DNA of 64,000 bases from an uncultured Bacteroidales bacterium (lineage in GTDB: Bacteria; Bacteroidota; Bacteroidia; Bacteroidales; VadinHA17): assembly GCA_963733455.1 (NCBI GenBank), contig CAVTDE010000010.1, positions 9,024 through 73,023 of the forward strand, read 5' to 3'. Within the stretch, counting starts at the first letter, position 1, and every line of letters begins with the position of its first letter. The notes below the pieces were generated by a model. The model saw only the letters and a program-made list of their open reading frames with translations. It was not told where the DNA came from and searched no databases. The position numbers and the translations under genes are program-made. Below, piece after piece: positions 27,385 through 35,293 of this stretch.

Positions 27385-28365
27385 ATGCTCCAGTCCGCGG
27401 TCAATATTAATGACCCTCCTTTGATAAGAAAATCACTTTTTGTTATTGGATTATTGTTAATACTGACAACAAATTATCCTTCATATGCTTGTGCAAAGGA
27501 ATTTTCTGATGGTGCAGGAAAGCCTGTTATGGAAGACACCTCATCAATAAAGAAAGGGAGGCTGGCAGGTGTTGCCACGACAGCCTCAGCCCTTTATGTC
27601 GGATCCATGGCATATTTACAGTATATCTGGTATAAAGATCACGACCGGGTCCCGTTTGAGTTTTATGATGATCTTGGTGGTTACAATCAAATTGACAAAT
27701 TTGGTCATATATATGGCTCCTATCTCGAAAGCTATATCGGATTTCATTCTTTCCTTTGGGCCGGTGTTTCCAGAAAAAAAGCTATTATTTATGGCGGGAG
27801 CCTGGGATTTATCATGCAGCTGCCTATTGAAATCTGGGATGGGATGTATGAAGGATGGGGATTTTCATGGAGTGACGTCGGGGCCAATACCCTGGGTTCG
27901 CTGCTTGTCATCGGACAGGAACTTGCATTTCATGAACAGGTTGTGAAGTACAAGTTTACATTCAGTCATTCTCCTTACGCACCCCAGGCTAATGGGTACC
28001 TTGGAAATGGGTTTGATGAATTATTTTACGACTACAACGGACACACCTACTGGTTCAGCACAGGCATTAACAGGTTGATTAAAAACGATATAATCCCTGA
28101 TTGGGCCAATTTTGCCGTTGGTTACAGCGCCGGAGGAATGTTTGGCGAATTTGAGAACGAAACCCGATATGGAGGGGTGACAATACCTGTAACCGAACGT
28201 TACCGGCAATTCCTGTTTTCCTTTGATATTGACTTCTGCAAAATACCTGTGAGGAACAAGACTCTGAAAAGACTTTTTAACAGTATGTTTATGATAAAAG
28301 TCCCTTTCCCGGCCATTGAGATAAATACAAAAGGCCAGTTCAAATTTCATCCGCTTTACTACTAA
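27385..28365 (+). CDS. hypothetical exported protein (DUF2279-like)
   Basis: Signal/lipobox-like YPSYAC. YNQIDKFGHIYGSY motif is reminiscent of DUF2279 lipoproteins. Weak call. Confidence 0.4.
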   Translation: MLQSAVNINDPPLIRKSLFVIGLLLILTTNYPSYACAKEFSDGAGKPVMEDTSSIKKGRLAGVATTASALYVGSMAYLQYIWYKDHDRVPFEFYDDLGGYNQIDKFGHIYGSYLESYIGFHSFLWAGVSRKKAIIYGGSLGFIMQLPIEIWDGMYEGWGFSWSDVGANTLGSLLVIGQELAFHEQVVKYKFTFSHSPYAPQANGYLGNGFDELFYDYNGHTYWFSTGINRLIKNDIIPDWANFAVGYSAGGMFGEFENETRYGGVTIPVTERYRQFLFSFDIDFCKIPVRNKTLKRLFNSMFMIKVPFPAIEINTKGQFKFHPLYY

Positions 28366-28447
28366 AGATCGTACTTAACGATCAGTACATCTGATTTGGA
28401 CAATTTCCTTAGAAAAGTTAGATTATTTACTATTTTTGTCTGCCGGT

Positions 28448-28514
28448 AGAAGAAGAGAGGGAGAGATGGGAGAAGGGGAGAGGGGGAGATTGGGAGAAGG
28501 AAAAGAAGAATAAA
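28448..28514 (+). repeat. 67-nt polypurine tract abutting the tRNA 5' end
   Basis: No C and only four T on the + strand. Contains gggagagatgg (28459-28469), identical to the first 11 nt around the tRNA 5' end (28514-28524), and the related gggagattggg. Confidence 0.85.
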
Positions 28515-28607
28515 GGGAGAGATGGCAGAGTGGTCGAATGCGGCGGTCTCGAAAACCGTTGTCCCGCTATCGCAGGACCGGGGGTTCGAATCCCCCTCTC
28601 TCCGCCA
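28515..28607 (+). tRNA. tRNA-Ser (anticodon CGA), class II with long variable arm, CCA encoded
   Basis: Folded by hand. Acceptor GGAGAGA/TCTCTCC; D-arm GCA..TGC; anticodon stem GCGGT/ACCGT with loop CT-CGA-AA; variable arm TGTCCCGCTATCGCAGGACC; T-arm GGGGG-TTCGAAT-CCCCC; discriminator G plus CCA. Confidence 0.9.
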
Positions 28608-28723
28608 AAGACAATATATTCCCTCAACGAAGTTGGGGGATTTTTATTTTCAGAAGGCCGAGTCATGCTTGCATGAGCGAGGCCATCTGAAAATAAAAAG
28701 ACCCTGCGAGTGAAACGAGCAAG

Positions 28724-28956
28724 GGAATATTTTGGCTTTGAAGCTCCCCCCTGGGGATCGCCGAAGGCAACCCCCCTCTCTCCGCCAAAGAGATCTGCTT
28801 TTCCAATTTATTTATGAGTCAAACTGTATACAACTGAATAGCAATAATATACATTTCCCCTCCACCACATTCCGCCCCTGCAGGCTGGCTCCTTCGCTAA
28901 AATCAGCCACTGGCTGATTTCTTAACGCTCGGCCCCCTTTTCAAGGAGGGGTGGCC
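28724..28956 (-). repeat. duplicated module 1 (about 233 bp): tRNA-Ser 3'-end copy plus an inverted Rep-C unit
   Basis: ggaatattttggctttgaagctcc..ctggggatcgccgaaggcaacccccctctctccgccaaag ... ttcccctccaccacattccgcccctgcaggctggctccttcgctaaaatcagccactggctgatttcttaacgctcggcccc. Nearly identical to 29171-29406. Confidence 0.85.
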
Positions 28957-29093
28957 AGACGGTGAAATCATGTCACAGACAGAAACTAAATTCGTCTGGC
29001 CGGGGTGGTTGATTCATTTTTTTCTTACTTGTATTTTCATGAATAACAATCACCTTTTCAACAGAAACGATCTGAAGCCGGTCAGATCTTACC
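28946..29093 (+). repeat. Rep-F copy 2, with a roughly 100-bp tail shared with 40516-40611
   Basis: ggccggggtggttgattcatttttttcttacttgtattttcatgaataacaatcaccttttcaacagaaacgatctgaagccggtcagatcttacc, versus 40516-40611 with a handful of substitutions. Confidence 0.8.
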
Positions 29094-29170
29094 TTATAAG
29101 CGAAGCCACCTCTCCCCAACCCCTCCCCCGGAGTGGGAGGGGCTAAAACCCTGTAATTGAAACAAGTAAT

Positions 29171-29406
29171 GGAATATTTTGGCTTTGAAGCTCCTCCCTG
29201 GGGATCGCCGAAGGCAACCCCCCTCTCTCCGCCAAAGTAAGGAATAGCTATTCCAGTTTATTTATGAGTCAAACTGTATGCAACTGAATAGCAATAATAT
29301 ACATTTCCCCTCCACCACATTCCGCCCCTGCAGGCTGGCTCCTTCGCTAAAATCAGCCACTGGCTGATTTCTTAACGCTCGGCCCCCTTTTCAAGGAGGG
29401 GTGGCC
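29171..29406 (-). repeat. duplicated module 2 (about 236 bp), second copy of 28724-28956
   Basis: Read directly. The only differences I see are a short block just after the tRNA-end copy and a few point changes. Confidence 0.85.
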
Positions 29407-29458
29407 GGGACTATTGACTTTTAGACATTTACAATTTCCTTTCCCGGCCGGGGTGGTT
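29396..29458 (+). repeat. Rep-F copy 3
   Basis: gaggggtggccgggactattgacttttagacatttacaatttcctttcccggccggggtggtt matches 11173-11236. Confidence 0.8.
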
Positions 29459-30072
29459 AACTTTAACTTACTTCATAGAAAAGCTTCTGCAGAGGTGGAG
29501 TTATTTCTCAGACCATCTTGTTTTAGTCGCTATAAACAGGTTCAGTTAAAGGTCTCAGAAACTTACATTTCTGTTATAAATATATGTATTTCAATTGCTA
29601 ATGTCAAAATTTTAAGGAATCAAAATAGCTTATTATGGCATAATCTGATTTCATTTTGCCATTAGGAATTGTATTTTTACCTATAAAAAGGGCATATTTA
29701 TCTATGAATAATTATCATTTATCAAAAGCTCAAAAAAAATAAAAATTAGATTTTAGCCGGGAACGTAAATCCATGAAAGCATACCTGATTGGACATATAA
29801 CTGATTCTGTTGAAAGCTGTGTTAACGAAACAAGGTGATTTTCTTTAGGTCCCTTCAGGACTTTATATAATTTAATTTTCAAGCTGACGGTTATGGGCTT
29901 CCCCCTCTCTCCTGGGAGAGGGGGATAAGAGGGGGTGAGGTAGTTAGGCCGGCATGCCTTGAAGCTTCCTCTCATTACAAAAATTTAACTCACATTTTTT
30001 TTGATTCCGGCTTTTATAAACTTACTTTGCATAATCATCAGTAAATAAGTTATTAATCTAAAAAACTTAAGA

Positions 30073-32188
30073 GTGAAAAAATTTTATAAAACAATTTTGC
30101 TTTGCGGAGCGTCAGTTTTGATGATGACATCCTGCAAAAATCAACCTGAAACCGATATGAGCAATCCCTTCTTCTCAGATTTCAACACCCCTTTTGGCGT
30201 TCCCCCTTTTGAAAAAATAATGGCTAAACATTATATGCCCGCTTTCGAAAAAGGCATAACCGACGGAAGAAATGAGATCCGCGAACTGACAAACAACAAA
30301 CAGGAACCTACATTCGAAAATACTTTTGAAGCTCTTGACAAAGCCGGCCAGCTGCTGACAAAAGTCTCTCTTGTATTCTTTGCCCAGACATCAGCCAATA
30401 CAAATGACTCGCTTCAGAATATTGAAGTGGAGATCTCACCGAAACTTGCAGCGTTCAGCGATGAGATCAGCCTGAATCCCGACCTGTTTAAAAGGGTAAA
30501 ATCTGTTTATGATAATAAGGCTTCCTTTAACCTGAATCCCGAGCAGCAATTCCTTCTTGAAAACCTTTACAGGAAATTTGTAAGGGCAGGCGCTAATTTA
30601 AACAAGCAGGACCAGGATACTCTTAAGAAGATAAACCAGGAGCTCTCCGTTCTGGGTGTGAAGTTCAATCAGAATGTGCTCGAGGAAACCAACTCTTACA
30701 AATTATTTGTTGATAAAGAGGATCTGGCAGGATTGCCGGAATCGCTTGTTGCTTCGGCAGCAGAGGTAGCAAAAGCTGCAGGACAGGAGGGCAAGTGGGC
30801 ATTCACAACGCAACGCCCAAGTATATTTCCGTTCCTTCAGTATTCTGAAAACCGCGATCTCCGGCAGGGAGCTGTTTCACGCATATACAAACCGCGGCAA
30901 CAACGGGAACGAATATGACAATAACAAGATTCTTGCAGACATTGTACGACTTCGGGCCCAAAGAGCTAAATTACTGGGATATAAAACTCATGCCGACTAT
31001 ATGCTTGAGCCACGCATGGCTAAAAAGCCTGAAAATGTTTTCAATCTGCTTAACAGCCTTTGGGAAAAAGCCATCCCGGTTGCACAGAATGAAGTCAGCG
31101 AGATGCAGAAGATAATCAATAAAGAAGGAGGTAACTTTAAACTTGAACCATCCGACTGGTGGTACTATGCTGAGAAACTCAGAAAACAGAAATATGACCT
31201 TAATGATACCGAACTCAGACCTTACTTTAAGCTTGATAATGTACGTGAAGGCGTCTTTGCGTGTGCCAATAAACTTTTCGGAATTACTTTTACGCCAATA
31301 CCAGATTGTCCGCTTCCTCATCCTGAAGCTACCGGATTTGAGGTCAAGGATTCTGACGGAACTCATCTGGGTGTGCTTTATATGGATTTCCATCCGCGCG
31401 ACAGCAAGCGGCAGGGAGCCTGGTGTACCGCATACAGGAGCCGTCATATTGTTGATGGAAAGGTAATCACACCTGTGATAACGGTTGTGGGCAATTTTAC
31501 CCGTCCCACAGGCGACAAACCTGCACTTCTTGAAATGGATGAAGTGTCGACACTCTTTCATGAGTTCGGACATGCACTTGATGCCCTCTTTAACAGGAAC
31601 ACATATAACCAGACCTTTATCGCATGGGACTTTGTTGAGCTTCCTTCCCAGTTAAATGAGCATTGGGCAACTGAACCCGAAGTACTGAATATGTATGCAA
31701 AAAACTATGAGACAGGCGAAACCATGCCTCCGGCTCTTGTAAAGAAAATTAAGAACAGCAGTTATTTCAACCAGGGTTTTGTGAATGTTGAACTTCTTGC
31801 CGCCTCTTTGCTTGATATGGCATATTATACTCTTGAGGCCCCGGTAAATATTGATATTCAGAGTTTCGAAAAGGACTATTTTAAAAAGATAGGACTGATC
31901 CCTGAAATCGTTTCACGTTACAGAAGCACATACTTCCTTCACATCATAGATGGTTACGATGCAGGCTATTACTGCTATACCTGGGCTGCAGTGCTCGATA
32001 ACGATGCCTTTGAAGCATTTAAGGAAAAAGGAATTTTCGACAAATCAGTTGCAGAATCATACAGGAAGAATATCCTTGAGAAAAACGGTATCATGGATGC
32101 GATGCAAATGTATGTCAACTTCCGCGGACGTGAACCTAAGATCGAGCCATTGCTCAAAAACCGTGGCTTAATTCCTCAGAAGAATTAA
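30073..32188 (+). pseudogene. dcp: M3 family peptidyl-dipeptidase (Dcp-like), interrupted by one +1 frame disruption near 30867-30869
   Basis: The N-terminal ORF 30073..30918 has a lipoprotein signal (MMTSC). The C-terminal ORF (track 31001..32188) has the zinc motif HEFGHAL. Shifting frame at the ggg run (cggcagGGGagctg) gives ...SENRDLRQ/ELFHAYTNRGNNGNEYDNNKILADIVRLRAQRAKLLGYKTHADYMLEPRMAKKPENV, contiguous with the downstream ORF. Could be an assembly indel. Confidence 0.85.
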
Positions 32189-33430
32189 TTAAACACGTTT
32201 TTAATTTCCTCAAGGTTTACGCCAAGTACAGAACGTGCGATAGTATTCAGGACTTGCGGATCTCCGGTTATGTGCATTGTGTACTGAATATGACTGAGAC
32301 TTTCTCCCGGCTTTAGCGAAGCTGCCGGTGAGGAGGTCTCAAGTTCATAAAAGGGACCCATCTGCGACCCGTCGGCAAGCGGACCGTCGTTATATGAATT
32401 AAGAGCATCACCCGAATAGGGATTTTCCTGTATCTGCCAGGCGGAGTTAACATACTCTTTCCTGCCTTCAGGTAATTTGCAAACAAGAAGCGTAAGTATT
32501 TTATTTTCAAAATCATAACTGCCCATTGTACCCGTTGCCCTCAGCGGAGATAGTCCAATCTTACCCCTGCTTTTACCATCTGCCCTGAAGTATATATTAT
32601 TACCTGATATTTTGAGCCTGTCAGCTGCGATCTTCCCGAAATAATTGTCATTCACAGGAATGCCAGGTTCCTTTTCAGTACCCTGACGGAATGGAATTAT
32701 GACTGTAACAGCAGGGGAGGGGTTAAACATCCCAAGCATCCAGACGGAAAGCAGACCGGTCTCTTTCTTCCATTCATTCATGCCTGTGTTGAATAATTTA
32801 TTTTCTGATCTGTATGCCACCGATGACACCCCTTTAACATCAATACCGGTCTGTTTAAAGACCTGTTCAGGCGAAAGAAGTGTAACCTCCCTCTCGATCT
32901 TAAGTTTAAGCTGAGTCCCACTGTAATTTTCAATCCCGGCCTCGCAAATGAATTTCACTGATGAATCGGATTGGGCTGTTACTTCAAAAGGAAGCGTATC
33001 AAGAAAATCCGGAGTCTGCCAGTTATCATAGACAAATTCAGCGCCTTTTTTGAAGAATATTGAGAACTGCCCCCCTTCAGGACCAAGCCATATCCTCTCT
33101 TCTCCTCCGAAACGGATTAATATGCATTACTGTTTTTTCTGATGAAATAAGATCGTGGTTGATCCATCCAAAGCTGAATCCCTGATTTCCTTCGGAAGTG
33201 CTTGTCATTACCCTTCCCTGCCATGAAGGCACGATGGCTACCGAAGATTTACCGTTTTTCAGTTCAATAACCTTTACATATTTTTTCAGGAAATTAAGGT
33301 TATAGCCATATTGTTTTGTACTGTCTGTTGTCATGACGTTAATTTTATTTTTGTTGCTTTTTACATTCCCGGAATTATTGCATGACGTTATTAACAGCAT
33401 GCAAATTGCTGCGATAAGGATTTTTTTCAT
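32185..33430 (-). pseudogene. hypothetical lipoprotein, interrupted by a 1-nt frame disruption near 33108-33112
   Basis: N-terminal ORF 33077..33430 (MKKILIAAICMLLITSC...MHINPF) continues in another frame as GGEERIWLGPEGGQFSIFFKKGAEFVYDNWQTPDFLDTLPFEVTAQSDSSVKFICEAG. This frame is open across 32959-33107 and runs into track ORF 32185..32958. Confidence 0.6.
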
Positions 33431-33476
33431 TTTGATTTTTGTTTTTCAAACATTATTGAATGTATTAAATAGCTTT

Positions 33477-33640
33477 GGTTGTTGAAAAAGTCTAAATCCA
33501 TTAACCCTGCCTACCGGCAGGCAGGCGCAAAGGTCGCAAAGGATTTACGCAAAGTTCGCAAAGAGCTGAATATATGTGATTTAGCTTTGCGACCTTTGCT
33601 CTTCTTAGCGTGCTTTGCGGTTAAATAAGGCTTTTTCATA
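33477..33640 (-). repeat. Rep-A copy 3 (carries an extra ctgcctaccggcaggcagg mini-hairpin)
   Basis: ggttgttgaaaaagtctaaatccattaacc[ctgcctaccggcaggcagg]cgcaaaggtcgcaaagg...ctttgcgacctttgctcttcttagcgtgctttgcggttaaataaggctttttca. Confidence 0.8.
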
Positions 33641-33698
33641 GCCTATAATTACTACTAAGATATTGATAATCGGATTATTTTTGCAAATATCTTTTATT

Positions 33699-34770
33699 AT
33701 GACAGGTGTTAGTCTCTGTGGATTGGATGTTGAAGAAATCCTGACACTTATTCAGGGTGCCGGATTTAATATACAGCATGCAGTTTCAATATCCAATTCC
33801 CTTTATAAGAAGAATATACATGACATTTCGGGATTCCCACAGATCTCAAACAAGCTGAAAGATGAGCTTGCGAAGGTCGCTTATCCCGGTTTGTTCATGC
33901 CGTCTGCTTCCCGGACATCGGCCGACGGAACAATAAAATTCCTTTTCAGAAATGCGGAAGGACTTTATTTTGAAACGGTTTACCTTCCTGAAAAGAAAAG
34001 GAATACAGTATGCGTTTCCACACAGTCGGGTTGCAGGATGGGATGTCCGTTTTGTATTTCCGGGAGATACGGATTCCACGGTAATTTATCTGTAAGGGAT
34101 ATTGTCAACCAGATAATCAGCCTTCCGGTGACCGGAAAAATAACACATGTCGTCTTTATGGGAATGGGGGAACCAATGGACAACCTTGAGAATGTTCTGA
34201 AAGCCTGTAAAATAATTACCTCCCAATGGGGACTTGCGTTCAGCCCCGCTAATGTGACAGTTTCAAGTGTAGGGATCACACCGGGAATTAAGAGATTTCT
34301 TGATGAATCGAACTGCAACCTGACAGTCAGTCTCCACTCCCCTTATCCTGAAGAAAGGAACAAAATTATCCCAGTCGAAAAGAAATATCCTGTTCATGAA
34401 ATAATTGAATTGATGAAAAATTCGGTGATACCGAAGAAAAGGAGGATGAGTCTGGCTTATGTTATGATAAGGGATGCAAATGATAGCGGAAAACACCTCG
34501 AAGAGCTGAAAAATCTCCTGAAGGGGTCGAAAATCAGGGTAAATCTGCTTCCATACCATTCCGTCGGGATGGATGGACAGAGTTTCTTCTTCACCTGAAA
34601 CAATGCAACATTTTAAACATGAGCTTGTTATTTCAGGAATTTCAGCATCTGTCCGCAGATCAAGGGGACTTGATATCTCCGCTGCCTGCGGTCTCCTGGC
34701 TTCCGGTCTGTTTAAAAAGCCTTCTTTAACCGCCGGTCTCCTGGCTTCCGGTCTGCTTCCCGTTAATTAG
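33699..34770 (+). pseudogene. rlmN: RlmN/Cfr-family radical SAM RNA methyltransferase, frame-disrupted near 34566-34580
   Basis: CxxxCxxC cluster CRMGCPFC. The GMGEP motif is present. The family C-terminus VRRSRGLDISAACG sits in a different frame (track ORF 34573..34770). The junction lies in gggatggatggac; removing one gatg (or 1 nt) gives LLPYHSVGMDRVSSSPETMQHFKHEL... Confidence 0.7.
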
Positions 34771-35274
34771 TTGAAACAGGTATTCATCAATATAGCCATC
34801 GGAAGTCTTAACCCAGTCTTTCTTCAGGCCGGCCTGCACAAATCCCTGTTTTTTAAAAAGATCGATACTTTCCCCGTTAGTTGCAAGGATATTGCAGAAG
34901 AGCTGATGCATCTGCAAAGTACTGAAGCAGTATCCGATCAGGCATTTGAGCGATTTTGTGGCCAGACCTTTCTTACGGTACTCCTCTAAGGCTATCAAAA
35001 TGCCTATTCCGGCCCTTTTATGAAAGGGATCAAAGTCAAAAATATCAATTGTCCCAATTGTTTTACCTTCGGGAAGATGGTCGATCATAAGCCTTAGCTG
35101 ACCGGTTTCATAAATGTTCTTGTGAGAATTTTCGAGGTACCGTTTCAGTGTAAATTTTGAAAAGGGTACCACTGTGTTGCTAAGAGCCCAGTTAGATTCA
35201 TTATTCTCCCAGTCATACAGGAGTTCAAGGTCCTCCGGCTCAAGGGCCCTGAGTCTGATATCTTCATATTTCAT
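34726..35274 (-). CDS. GNAT family N-acetyltransferase (RimJ/RimL-like)
   Basis: MKYEDIRLRALEPEDLELLYDWENN... plus the acetyl-CoA motif region RAGIGILIALEEYRKKGLATKSL. The C-terminal tail runs through a 22-bp direct repeat shared with the rlmN-like 3' end. Confidence 0.8.
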   Translation of the reverse strand: MKYEDIRLRALEPEDLELLYDWENNESNWALSNTVVPFSKFTLKRYLENSHKNIYETGQLRLMIDHLPEGKTIGTIDIFDFDPFHKRAGIGILIALEEYRKKGLATKSLKCLIGYCFSTLQMHQLFCNILATNGESIDLFKKQGFVQAGLKKDWVKTSDGYIDEYLFQLINGKQTGSQETGG

Positions 35275-35293
35275 TGAGCAGATTTCAGTCTTG

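Noticed and set aside
28608-30072. Integrated prophage, ICE or genomic island at tRNA-Ser
   Set aside because: Direct repeats of the tRNA 3' end are present, but the intervening DNA is only 0.16 and 0.43 kb of repeat sequence. There is no integrase, excisionase or cargo ORF. Track ORFs 28732..28917, 29414..29665 and 29730..29975 look like nonsense translations of repeats.
30915-31115. Track ORF 30915..31115 as a separate gene between the two dcp halves
   Set aside because: It is in the third frame. The dcp sequence is continuous from 30870 to 32188 in one frame once the single shift at 30867-30869 is allowed.
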